IMG/VR virus record: IMGVR_UViG_3300020188_000808
Span: 203,784-267,783 of that record
Reading direction: 5' to 3' (one strand)
Length of the DNA: 64,000 nucleotides
Below the pieces are notes generated by a model that saw nothing but the letters and a program-made list of their open reading frames with translations, searched no databases and had not been told where the DNA came from. Position numbers and translations under genes: made by a program. This document shows positions 34,745 through 46,600 of this stretch, piece by piece. The number at the start of each line of letters is the position of its first letter. Position 1 is the first letter of the stretch.

Positions 34745-37195
34745 TTAATCAACAACATATCCTGATTCTCCTGCTAGTCTTGGATCGTCTTGTGCTGGTG
34801 TGTTACCATCTTGGAATATACTTCTAATTGTTGCAAGTGATGGTTTACTAATTATTGGTGCAATGTATGTGTTATGGAATGCATAACCTAACGGATTGTT
34901 TGTTTGAATGCCTGCTTGGGTACGCATATCATCTGTCCACTCTGGAGCAAGACTTCCACCGTCCCATAATTCTGTGTATTCAAACATAGCAAAGTTTAGT
35001 AGGAACAAGTATTCTTTTGCGGCTACTTCAAATGCATCTGCATCTGTTTTCCAATCATCTGGATTTTCTTGATAACCTGATGGATCCCACTTGCCAGCAT
35101 CGTATGCTTCTTCCATTGCGGCATACAAATCACCTGTCTGCCAGTCAGCGGCTAAGAACTGATATAGTTTTATATCGTCTGCAGGTAACCCGTGCATGTG
35201 TAGTGTGTGGAATACGTGTTCAATAACTTCTTGTGCGTCAATGTCACCATCGCCATACCCATCACCAGTTGAGTTTAAATACCATACCATGTCATTTTGT
35301 ACAGTCGTATCAAACAGGTTAGTTAAGTTCCAAGCAAGAACACCTGCATCAGTTAAGAAGTTTGGAGTGTAATCTGCTCCTGCACCTCTTGCTACTCTTT
35401 GTATAGTTGGTAAGCCTGCGTGATAAGTTCCTGCATCACCACGGAGTGTTTTAATTAAATTTCTTTGGTATTCTTCGTTAATGCCTGCACCATTTGGATC
35501 TGTAAATAATTCAAACATACGTGCTACTTTTTCTAACCATGCATCTGGTACTGCTGTTTGTCCACCTACTGTGCCAGCACCCATAACTCTTACACCGTTA
35601 ACAGTAACTTCACGTTTGAAGAAGTCACTGCCGTCACCTGTAACATTAATAATTGGAAAATTACGATATTCTGAGTCTGCTATATCTTTAAAGGTTACAG
35701 CAAAATGCGCCGCAAATGGAAACACCCCTATTCTATTAGATGTTGCATCTGGACTCATTAAATTTCTACTGTTTGCAAAAAATGTACTTGCATTACCTTC
35801 ATCAGTAGAACCTTGAAATAATGCACCTTTGAGTGCATTGTCCTGCCACCATTTACGCAACTGTGCCGGAGACCAACCTGGGTTAAGTTGTAATAATAAA
35901 CAACTCATACCCGATACTTGTGGTGTTGACATACTTGTTCCTGAATAGGTTGCAACTGCTGATGAACTTGTATTTGTAGCACTAACAATATCAGTTCCTG
36001 CTGTATAAACATCTACTCGAGGTCCTTTATCACTTGATGATTGGCAAGCCTCTGATCCTGAATACAACGCACTATCTATATTACCTACCACAATAGTGTC
36101 AGGACCAATATTACCTGCTCCTCTATTATAATAAATTGGATTACCAGAAGCAATACCTCCTGTTGTAATACTACGTAAGATATAATTATCGTAATCTACG
36201 TCACCTGGGTAACAAAGTTTTTGACCTTGGTTACCTGCACTTTTCATATAGTGTACACCTTCGTCCTGCATTTCTTCAACTTCAGCATTTAGGTTGTACA
36301 AGTTAGCATTAAATCTATTTAAAGTATCTCCAATCATTCCGTATGCTGTACTTTTAACAGTACCAACATTTTGACCTCTAAAATTTATAGCAGTCATACT
36401 TGTAAAGTATGCTTTATATCCCCAACTAGCACCAACCACAGTTGGACGCTTAACACCTGTTACAGGGTCAACAGTTTTTGCTCTATGAAATTCTTTAATA
36501 CTATCAAACCATAATGAACTAGGAATAATATCCATAGGCATACAAAAAATATTTGCATTTTTAGCCCAGCCATAATCTTTACCTACAGCAATGCCGCAAC
36601 AATGTGTTGCATGATAACTTGATCCAGATGTATTTGAATAATCAATAGTAGAAATACTACCCATGTTTGGAAGTGTATTCCATTGAAATTCTTGTAAGCG
36701 ACTATTGCCGTCTTTGTCTTGCCATTGTACGTGATCAAATCTAAATTTACTTTCTTGGTGTACGTAGTCAATACCTGTTCCATCTAGATGGTATGGATAA
36801 ACACCACCAATATCAATATTTTGAGAACCTGAACCCCAAGCATTAGCTTCTTGTATGTGTCTACGTAGTCCCCAATTTCCTCTAAGAGTACTACTATTGT
36901 CTCTAGTCCAATTTGCTTCTTGTTCGTAGTCGACCCAGCTTTCGTCCCATTCTAACGGTTCGTTAACTCCGCCAACATCTGGATGGTTTAATAATGCTTG
37001 TGCTTCTTCGTCTGTAAGAGCAACATGAAACATTCGTTTACTAACAGGTCGTTCATTTACAATACTAATAGTTCTATCTGGAACAATGTTACTATCAATA
37101 CCATCATCCATAGATGTGTCTCTGTTAAGATCTGATAATATTAAATTTTTATCAGCACCTTTGTGTAGCGAAACAACATATTCTTTTTCTGACAT
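34745..37195 (-). CDS. Second S8 protease fused to a C-terminal zincin-like domain
   Basis: GIDYVHQES, HATHCCG, SAGN, GTSMSTP; tail EVIEHVFHTLH...AKEYLF. Confidence 0.85.
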   Translation of the reverse strand: MSEKEYVVSLHKGADKNLILSDLNRDTSMDDGIDSNIVPDRTISIVNERPVSKRMFHVALTDEEAQALLNHPDVGGVNEPLEWDESWVDYEQEANWTRDNSSTLRGNWGLRRHIQEANAWGSGSQNIDIGGVYPYHLDGTGIDYVHQESKFRFDHVQWQDKDGNSRLQEFQWNTLPNMGSISTIDYSNTSGSSYHATHCCGIAVGKDYGWAKNANIFCMPMDIIPSSLWFDSIKEFHRAKTVDPVTGVKRPTVVGASWGYKAYFTSMTAINFRGQNVGTVKSTAYGMIGDTLNRFNANLYNLNAEVEEMQDEGVHYMKSAGNQGQKLCYPGDVDYDNYILRSITTGGIASGNPIYYNRGAGNIGPDTIVVGNIDSALYSGSEACQSSSDKGPRVDVYTAGTDIVSATNTSSSAVATYSGTSMSTPQVSGMSCLLLQLNPGWSPAQLRKWWQDNALKGALFQGSTDEGNASTFFANSRNLMSPDATSNRIGVFPFAAHFAVTFKDIADSEYRNFPIINVTGDGSDFFKREVTVNGVRVMGAGTVGGQTAVPDAWLEKVARMFELFTDPNGAGINEEYQRNLIKTLRGDAGTYHAGLPTIQRVARGAGADYTPNFLTDAGVLAWNLTNLFDTTVQNDMVWYLNSTGDGYGDGDIDAQEVIEHVFHTLHMHGLPADDIKLYQFLAADWQTGDLYAAMEEAYDAGKWDPSGYQENPDDWKTDADAFEVAAKEYLFLLNFAMFEYTELWDGGSLAPEWTDDMRTQAGIQTNNPLGYAFHNTYIAPIISKPSLATIRSIFQDGNTPAQDDPRLAGESGYVVD

Positions 37196-37206
37196 TTTGT
37201 TAATCC

Positions 37207-39840
37207 TTAAACAATAGTTATGTTACCAACCATAGCTGAATGAATTGTACATTGGTATACTAACGTACTATCACTAATATCGTGTGGTACGGTAAATGTT
37301 TGTGTTCCTGTTTGTAATCCTGAAATTCCTTCACTAAATGCCGCGCCACCGTTTGATACTCTAAATTCAAATGGATGAGTTGATCCTGTAGTATTTTTAA
37401 ACACGTAGGTAAATCCTTTGTACAAAGTAAAGTTAGGATTATCAGTAGTACCACCAATTCCTGGACCACTAAATCTGTATGCAGTACTTCCATTTGCTGT
37501 AATAGTGTAATGAAGTATAGGACCATCATGTTCTGCCCAAGCAGTTCCGTTGTACCAAATCATTGATCCTTCTATTGGATTAGCAATACTAACATTGTCG
37601 TCTGGTAGTGCTATCCAATCATAGTCTGCTCCAGTCCAACTTAAAATTTCATTTGAATTTGCTGTAACTGTATTTAAATGTGCATCTACATCTGAGTTAG
37701 CATATACAGTATCTGTGAAAGTTGAATTAATTGTAATATTACCCTCAGCATCACTTGTAGTTGTAACATTTGTGCCGCCAACAAACTTAATACTTTCTTG
37801 ATTGTTAACTATTCTTAGTGTGGAGTCATCTGCACCAACACTAAATCTAAAATCATCACTAGATGACTTCCAAGATGTACCATCCCAGAATTGCATTTGT
37901 CTTTCTGAACTATTATAAACTACATCGCCTGCTTGAGCAGTTAATGTTGACATTCCGTCGGTGTCATAAGATCCTAATCTTAATACTGTTTTTTGTAATA
38001 CAACAGCATTAGCCGCATCAAGTATAATATTACTTGCACTAGTAATAGTTGGAATACCTGTTGAACTTGAAAATATTTCTGGTGCTTCAATTTTACCAGT
38101 TGCTACTAAATTAACTCCTGTTAATGTATTAGTAGTTTTATTATAAACTAGATCTGCATCACCGCCAAATTCTCCGCCGTCATTAAACTGTACTTGTGTA
38201 TCACTACCGCCTGGGATCCCTGATCCACCACCACTTGCGGCATTAATAGTAATTGTGTCTGTTGCATCATTGGTTGTAATTGTTACGTTAGTACCAGCTA
38301 CTAAAGTTAATGTATCATTTGCAGTATCTGCAACAACATTGTTTGATCCTGCTACAATGATTGTACTAAACGAATTACCGCCTGCAATGTTATCAACCCA
38401 GGCTAAATTCCCTGAACCATCTGTCTTTAAAATTTGGTTATTAGTACCGTCACCGTCTGGTAAGGTCCAAGTTACATTAGTTGTTAATGCCGCAGGACTC
38501 TTAAATGCGTTGTACTTAATGTTAGCAGTATCGTATAATCTTAATTCTTTACCACTAGTTAATCTAACAGCATCTGCAAAGTTAACTTCTGAAGCAGTAC
38601 CTGTAATGTTACCGGTAACAGCAAGTCCACTTGTTTGTGTACTAGTAGCAACAATAGTATTAAGTGAAATAACATTAGTATTTGGATTGTACGTAATGCC
38701 TGAATCTGTTTTTAATATCTGTTGACTTCCATTACCTGCCGCAACAAACGGAATGTAATGACTTGCCGCAGTATTATCTAACTGAGTAGTAACAGTTGAT
38801 GCATCTAAGTTGTTTAATGCTCTAGGACGCCAATAACTGTTTCCGTTATCCCAACTTAGTACATAATTATCTACAGGTGTAACTACTGTTACATCTACAT
38901 CGTCTAAGTCACCAATTGTTGAAATACCACCAGCTACTGTTCCTGGTTCCCATCTTGAATTTGAATTACTCCAAACTAGTGCTTGTCCATCTGCAGGAGT
39001 TGGTGCAACAACATTTGTTAAGTCACCTAATGCTCCTACTGTAATTGTAATATCACCTTCAGCTGTACTTGTAGTACTAATACCTGTACCACCTGAAATT
39101 TTAAATGATTCTCCGTTACCAATTTGTCTTAGTGTTGAGTCATCAGCACCTATGCTAAATGATGTAAAGTTTTCACCTTCGTTCTGTAAAACTTTCCATT
39201 CTCCACTGTGAGCATAATATGCTTTACCTGTTGCATGAACGTGTGCAAACATACCATGGTAAGTTGCCGCATCAGGTAAATCTTCTAACTGTGCAAATAC
39301 GTTTGCAAAGTAAACTTTACCTGTTGTATTAATATCTTGGTTAGTAGTATTACCTCTTGTAAGTATTGACTGTAAGTTATCTGATTCAGTAATAACATTT
39401 GTAAATTTAAATGTTCCTGTTTCATGATTATAATATATAACTTTTCCATCATCACCACTAGTAACAGGATCAACATTGTTTAAACTTGATAAGTTAGTTG
39501 ACTGTATACGAGCATCAACTCTTGCAGTTGAGTAATATAAATTAGTAAGTCCTTCTGGAATACTATCAGTATCAGTACCAAACACTAAGTATCCTGAGTC
39601 GTTTGCAAATGCACTTATTGCACTTGGTACAACAGGAATAATTGGTTTGTTAGTTAGATCGTTGTAGTTACCACTGAATGGATTATTGAATGATACTCCG
39701 TTAATTGTAACGTCTGTAGCATTTACAGTTCCAACATTAGTAAGCCCAGCGTTACCTAAATCTAAATTATCACCTGCTGGTAATTCTTTGATTTTGTTGT
39801 CATCTAATGTGTCAACTATAAGTGGTATTCTATTTGCCAT
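37207..39840 (-). CDS. Tail fibre-like protein with C-terminal cupredoxin-like domain
   Basis: Fibre modules (GADDSTLR twice, GGSDTQVQFND, WTLPDGDG); C-terminus HPF...YQCTIHSAMVG; late promoter at 39859-39866. Confidence 0.8.
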   Translation of the reverse strand: MANRIPLIVDTLDDNKIKELPAGDNLDLGNAGLTNVGTVNATDVTINGVSFNNPFSGNYNDLTNKPIIPVVPSAISAFANDSGYLVFGTDTDSIPEGLTNLYYSTARVDARIQSTNLSSLNNVDPVTSGDDGKVIYYNHETGTFKFTNVITESDNLQSILTRGNTTNQDINTTGKVYFANVFAQLEDLPDAATYHGMFAHVHATGKAYYAHSGEWKVLQNEGENFTSFSIGADDSTLRQIGNGESFKISGGTGISTTSTAEGDITITVGALGDLTNVVAPTPADGQALVWSNSNSRWEPGTVAGGISTIGDLDDVDVTVVTPVDNYVLSWDNGNSYWRPRALNNLDASTVTTQLDNTAASHYIPFVAAGNGSQQILKTDSGITYNPNTNVISLNTIVATSTQTSGLAVTGNITGTASEVNFADAVRLTSGKELRLYDTANIKYNAFKSPAALTTNVTWTLPDGDGTNNQILKTDGSGNLAWVDNIAGGNSFSTIIVAGSNNVVADTANDTLTLVAGTNVTITTNDATDTITINAASGGGSGIPGGSDTQVQFNDGGEFGGDADLVYNKTTNTLTGVNLVATGKIEAPEIFSSSTGIPTITSASNIILDAANAVVLQKTVLRLGSYDTDGMSTLTAQAGDVVYNSSERQMQFWDGTSWKSSSDDFRFSVGADDSTLRIVNNQESIKFVGGTNVTTTSDAEGNITINSTFTDTVYANSDVDAHLNTVTANSNEILSWTGADYDWIALPDDNVSIANPIEGSMIWYNGTAWAEHDGPILHYTITANGSTAYRFSGPGIGGTTDNPNFTLYKGFTYVFKNTTGSTHPFEFRVSNGGAAFSEGISGLQTGTQTFTVPHDISDSTLVYQCTIHSAMVGNITIV

Positions 39841-39873
39841 TTTGTTTTCCTATATCCATATTTATCGTACTCA

Positions 39874-40695
39874 TTATAGTGCCGCTATTCTTACTTGGAA
39901 GTCAGCAAAGTCGGCACTTGCCGCTACTTCTGTTTTCAGTGTTGTTAAACTAATTGTTTCTGCTTGTAATGCAGTATCCGCCAATGCACCTTGTGCTGAT
40001 GTTGCCGCATCTGTGATTCCATAACCTGATAGTGTAGTTGGTGTACTTGTAATGTCGCCAAATGCAACGGTTGTTAAGAAATTTGTTCCTGTAATAGTAG
40101 CACCTGTAAAGTCTACTGTTGTACCACTTGGATAATCTACTGTGTTAGTTCCACTACCAATAGTAACTGTACCACTTGTAGATCCGCCAATGTCAATACT
40201 AGCCAATGCGGCACCTATTAAAGTAATACCTGCTGTGCCTCCTATTGTAACACCAGTAACTGCACTTGTTGTTACTGTAGCAACTCCAAGTCCGTCATCC
40301 AATGCTGATTGTGTTGGTATTGTTAAATTTGTTAATGCTGAACCATCTAATGCTGGTAAGTTACCTACTAGCACACTAGAGTTAATAGTGCCTGCAACAC
40401 CGTCAATTATTAATGTACTGTTATCAGCAAATACACTACCTGTCACGTCACCGTCTAATGCACCTACAAATGATCCGTAGTGTGTATTAGTAGCTGAACT
40501 ATATGCTAATGAACTATCTTGTGCAAAAATATCACCTTGTATGTCTTGTGCAACGGCAACGCCACCACCTTCAAGTACAACTACTCTAGCATATAAATCT
40601 GTAAAGTTTGCATTAACTTTAGTAAACGCAACTCTAATAGGATCTCCATCACCTTTGTTAGCATATGTGCCAATGTTTATAGTTTGTTGTGCCAT
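39874..40695 (-). CDS. Short fibre/baseplate protein (gp9/gp10-type N-terminus)
   Basis: INIGTYANKGDGDPIRVAFTKVNANF; PTTLSGYGITDA fibre repeat. Confidence 0.75.
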   Translation of the reverse strand: MAQQTINIGTYANKGDGDPIRVAFTKVNANFTDLYARVVVLEGGGVAVAQDIQGDIFAQDSSLAYSSATNTHYGSFVGALDGDVTGSVFADNSTLIIDGVAGTINSSVLVGNLPALDGSALTNLTIPTQSALDDGLGVATVTTSAVTGVTIGGTAGITLIGAALASIDIGGSTSGTVTIGSGTNTVDYPSGTTVDFTGATITGTNFLTTVAFGDITSTPTTLSGYGITDAATSAQGALADTALQAETISLTTLKTEVAASADFADFQVRIAAL

Positions 40696-43600
40696 TATAC
40701 TCTCCCTACCACTGCTTCAACTGTGCCATGACCGGGATCATCTTTGGCTTGTAATGCTTTACCAATTACAGTTCCAACACTAGGGTTTGAACTTGCTATT
40801 GCGTAACCTGGAATACTTGCTGAAACAAGCATATCACCTTTGCGTACTATGCCAACAACATTTACAGGAACTCTACCTTGTAATGCTATTGCAGTAACGT
40901 GTTCGCCTTCTAAACCACTGTTCATTAAGTAACCTGGTTTCTCTGAAACTACACCAGCTACCCTTGTGTCGTCTTTTAATTTTGTACTTGTTAGTTCTTG
41001 TTCACCGCCAAATATCAATACAGTACCAACAGCGTAGTCTTGGTCTGCTAAATAATTCTCTGCTAAGTCAGCATAACGTGATTGTGTTGATGTACCATCT
41101 ATTACCGTTGCATAAACAGTATTGTATCTATTCGAACTTGTACCAATATTATACGTATCGTGTAGTCCTGGTTCAAATCCTGTTGATGTTGTTTTAACAA
41201 CTACTGCACCGTCACTAATTAACGCAATCTGTCCTGCCGCACTATAACCTGTGTTAGCACCAATACCAATACCTGTTGAGTTTGCATCAAGTTCACCTGG
41301 TGCTTCAATAAAGCTACTGTGTATCCAATCAACTGCTAGTCTGCTTTCGCCTGCTAGTGCTGAGTTAGTTTGGAATGATCCTTGTGTAACTCCTGTTGCT
41401 CCAATGTTAACCGATCCTGGAATTTCAATTGTTGGTGTAACTGAACCAGCTGATGTCATAAACAATGCACCACCAGGTGTTGAAAGTTGTATTTCATTAC
41501 CGCTAGTATCTAGTATTAAGTAGTTGTCAACTTTAAGACCTTGTACACTTGCTACTCCAACACCGTCTGTTTTAACAAGAGAGTTTATTGCTCCTGTTGT
41601 ACTAACATTTTCTTGTACACCGCCACCTTCACTAACAATAGTTGCAAATGGAACTTCACTTACATCACCGTTACTTGAGTCACCAGCCGCTCTACCAATT
41701 ACAGTACCGTCGGCAATGTTAATAATTTTTCTATAGTCTAAAGCACCATTGTCAATTGTAATCCAACCACTGTCTGCTGTAAATATATCACTATCAAAAC
41801 TAGCAACACCTAAATCATTCTGTGTAATACCAGTTGCGTTAGCTCTTGTACTTGCAGTTTCTAATGCTAGTTTACTTTGTTGTATACCTGCACTTGCATT
41901 TACATCAGCATTAATAATACTATCAGGTCTAAGTCTTAGATCAACAGTTGCTCCTGTGCCACTTCTAGCAACAACAATATTAACATCTGAACTTGCTAGT
42001 TCAACTAAGTTTGCAAATTCATCAATTGGTCCTGTTTTAACTTGTGCTGACACACCGCCTGCTGTTGAAACAATATCTGAATTTAGTATTGTTCCTGTTA
42101 CTGCGGTGTATGTAATTAAGTTTTCTGCTTCACCATTGCGTGTAACATTTGTAATTTCTACAATAGTACCTGTTGCACTTGATCCGTTACCTGTAATAGT
42201 ATCGCCTGCTACAAAGTTACCACCAGTTGCAGGTTGTGTATAAATTCTAAACTTACCTGTTGAACCAATAAGTTGATTTCCAGCTAACCCATTAGTTTTC
42301 ATATCAATTAATTCAGGAATAGTATCACCGGAATCAATTAACCCGTCAACATAACTCTTAGTTGCCGCTTCTTGATCACTTGACGGATCAGCTAAGTTTG
42401 TAAATGTAAATCCACCAGCGTTGATATTAGCTGTTAAAGATGTTGTACCGTCTCTTGCTAATGCACCTGGACCAATAATATTAGCGTATGGGTTACCACC
42501 GTGGTCCCAACCTAATCTTCTTGCAACATACCCACGTACTGCTGATTCAACCGGAACTGTATCAGTAGCGTTATCAGTCATGCCGTCATCAGCACTAAAT
42601 TCTGCTACAACAACACCACGTTTAAATCCAATACCATCCAAATTACTCAATGCAATCGAAGCACTAAATGTAACTGTACCTGTACCTTGGTCAACTGTAA
42701 AGAACTTACCTACTCTAAAGAAACCGTCTTCATCTGTACTTACGTAGAATACTCTACCCTTATCTCGTTCGTCAACTTGTCTAGCAGTTTGTTTAGGTTG
42801 TGTTGGTTGTCCTAGTACAACATTTGGATAGTTACTTGTGTTAAAGCCACCTGTACCAATGTTTAAGAAGTCATGTCCTGTTGCTCTAGTTGTTGAAATG
42901 TTAACAGTAATGTTACCGCCTTCACCACTAATTAATCCTACTCTCAATGTAACTGTATTAGTTGCATTATAAACTGAACTTACAATACCTGCCGCCGATG
43001 CCGGACTGTTAATGTCTGATCCAGCCAAGTCTTGAATGGCAATAGTACCATAGCCTGTTCTTTGTGTGTATCCTGTAACAGTATGCGTTTTACCATTCCA
43101 GGTAAAGATCATGTCACCTGCATTAAGTTGATCTAATTGTTTCTGTGAGAAAATACTAACAACAGCAATAACATTATCACCTGCTGTAGCACCCATTGTA
43201 GTACCTGTACCAGCATAAGTGCTTAACTGTGAATTTGTTTCGTCAACAACAAGTTTGATATATTCATATGTACTATCAAGTCTAACTTGCTGTGTTCCTG
43301 CCGGTAAAGCATTACCCAATGCGTTTGTAGTATTAAAACTAATAACTCTATAAATTGTATTAGGTTCTTGATCAAATATTAATGCACTACTTGGTCTAGT
43401 TGTTGCAACATCAACTCCTGATAGTTCAAGAGTTTGTCCAATTCTAATAGTACCAATTTGACCGTTTGTTAATACTGCTTTAAGTCCTGTTGTACTAGTT
43501 TGGTTAGCACCTGTTGTTGCCATGTTTAATTTATAAACAGTACTGTTAATAACACCAGTTGGAGGTGATACAGGTTGTGTTATCGCTTCAACAGTTGTAA

Positions 43601-46600
43601 TTTCGTATCTAGTAGTTCCTAATACTCCGCCGTGATCAATTTCAATTTCTGAATTTGTTCTTGGAGGTGTAGCAAACTCGTATGCATATATAAACAGTTG
43701 ATCTTCTGCGTGATCAAAATCGGCACCATCGTCAAAGATTTTAAATGGTGTAGTAAAGTTGTTTCCAGTTGTAATAATGTCCGGAATTTCGTTTGGATCT
43801 GAACCTGTACTTACTAGTCCGTATTCTCCATATGCGTTAGATCCGTTAAGTGATCTAATTTCTGAACCACTGCCTGCATAGTATGCCGCTTGACAATAAT
43901 ATGTAAACTGTGATACAAGCTCTGAAAGTCCTGTGTTAACAGCAACAGTACCGTAACCTAAGTCGTTAACTTGTGTAAAGTCGTTTGCTAACATACTTCT
44001 GTTACCAGCTGTTTGTAACACAATGTTAGTTGGCATAGGTTGATCAAAACCAGTTCCACTATTTGAAGTTGGATCTAATATAAGTGTTGCAGTACCTGCC
44101 GCCTGATCATAACTAGTAATTGCATTTACCTGGAAACGCTTGCCGTTAATATAAAATGGGCTTGGTACTTGTGGACGCTTAATTCTTAGTCCTTCACCTG
44201 CCGCACTTTGTACGTTTAGTGTGAAGTTATCTGTTTTACTGTTTACAACAGTTCGTAAGTTACCAACAAATCCGTCAATAAACATACCGCCTCTAAATGC
44301 TTGTTTATTAATACTCTGTGAGAAACTTGTTCCTGTTTGAATGTATGGTGATTTAGTTAGTACTACTCCTTCTGGATCTAGTACACACATAAAGCCACCG
44401 TGTCCCTGTACACTCATGTTACGTACGATAGTTGCGTCATTCATTAAGAAGACGTCCATATCTTTGTTTTCTTTTGGTGTACTTGAAGCGTTAGTATAAT
44501 CTGTTAAGTAATGGTAACCATAACTTGGTGAGTCAAGTGCTGGTAATACAGCAAGTCCGTTAGTAATAACGTTACCAACCATGTCAAGCAATGTACCAAC
44601 TTGTGTACTTGCCGCCGCTTCAGCCGCTGTAGAGTCAATTGTTTGTGTTGTTCTTATAGGGTTTTGTAAACTTGTATATGTAGCGTTAGCAAAAATATAT
44701 GTTTGAATTATTGCTTTTAGCTGTGCCATTGCGGCTGTAGTTTGTGCTTCTTGTCCGTTAACTAAACTAACAACACCGTCATAATATCTTGATGCATTAA
44801 GATGTGTTTTTTCATTACCACTCCATCTAATATCATATATTAATCCGTCAATGATAATTCCTGCATCTCTTTCACATTTTTGTTTATCGTAAGTAAAGCC
44901 AGCCCAAATTCCAGTACCAATTACAATCTGTGCTTCAATCCAAGCTACAACTTCATCTTTAAGAAATTCTTTGTTTGCAGTTAAGAGTTCAATAGCATTT
45001 GGGTTGTATTCCGGTTTTAATGCAAGACCATCAAATTCAGGTTCTCTATAAAAATAAGTATTAGCCCAAATTGATGTACTTGTACCTGGAGCTGGTTTAA
45101 TATTAACACGTCTAAACTCGTCACCTTTTATTGATACTCCTGCTGGAATCTTAATTGGAAACTGTTCTAAGTATGTACCCGACTCAACATGGATACTGAT
45201 ATCTTTGGTTGAAAACTTATTACCATAATCAATTTCTTCGCCAACTACTGGAGTAATTGGTTCAAGTAATTCTATTTCAATAGTATCAACTGCTGGACCT
45301 CTTGTTGTTGATACAATTCTACCAACTGCTCCAGAAGTCCTAAATGACATTAGTTTGCCTGGTACTAAGTCTTGGTTTGAAATAATGTTTTGGTCAACAT
45401 AACCTTGACCACCATTGGTAATTGTAACAGTCCATGTGCTACCTTCAACTGTTTGTGGAGCACTAGCAATAGTTGGTCCTGTTACGATTGTTTTAACAAT
45501 ATCCCATTTTGCCGCTACTGCTGTTTGTCCAACTAAGTCAACTACTTGTGCCGGAATAGTAACCTGTGTACTAACATTTTGATATAAATTAGTTTCTACT
45601 GTGTTAGTAATAACTTTAGCATGTAGAGCTTTGGCAAAGTTAAGTGACGCTATTGTTTCAGTATATTGTGTACGTCTAGCAATCTGTCCACTTGCACTAC
45701 TGTAATATCTTAATCCAGCATTTCTACTGTGATAGTTTGCAAAGGTTCCATCTAAAATATCTAATACAATACCTTCTGCAATAAATCCTAAATCTCTACG
45801 ACATAATGTTTCGTCATATAATAAGTTTGGAAATTGATCTGCTAGGTATGCAATAGTTTCATCTATAATAAATTGTTTGTTTGCATCTGTAAGAATTTTA
45901 ACTTCTTCATAACCGCTACTACTAGTAACGCCACTTGATGCAACAGTTGAATTAGTTAGCCCATTGCCATATGTAATTCGTTGTTGATAAGGTCCTAAGT
46001 TAACAGGACTTGTTATAATAATTTCTTCTGCTTTTGCCGCCGCGGCCGCAACTGAAGCATATGAATAGTTCCATGAACGACCTTCTTGACCAACTGGAAC
46101 GTTAGCCATTGTATCGTCACCTTTGGTACTTACATATAAGTTTGTTTTAGAAGGGTATGCACTATTGTCTACATAATATTTTGTAACTGCTTGTAAATCT
46201 GTAATACCGCCTGGCGTTCCTGCTCCTGCTTGAGATCCTGGATGATCATGCAAATACAATGCACCTGTCATTGTATCACCTTCACGTCTAGTAATACTCT
46301 TACGTGGTAGTGCTTCAGTACTAATCCAATTACCTGTTAGAGCTGGATCATATTCAGAATCTTGCATTGTCTGTGTGCCAGTTCCTGACCCACTAGGTAT
46401 AGCAATTTTAACTCTTGTTAACTCATCTTCATTTTGTGCTTCTGCTATTGATGTGTGGACACTTAATTGTGTAGCACTTACATATCTTAAATAATAAACG
46501 GTTCCGCTTACAAGTCCAGTAGCATCAGCACCTGTTGAATTGTATCTATAACTAATACCATTAGCAGTTGTTGAGAATCCATGTCCTGCACTTACAACAA

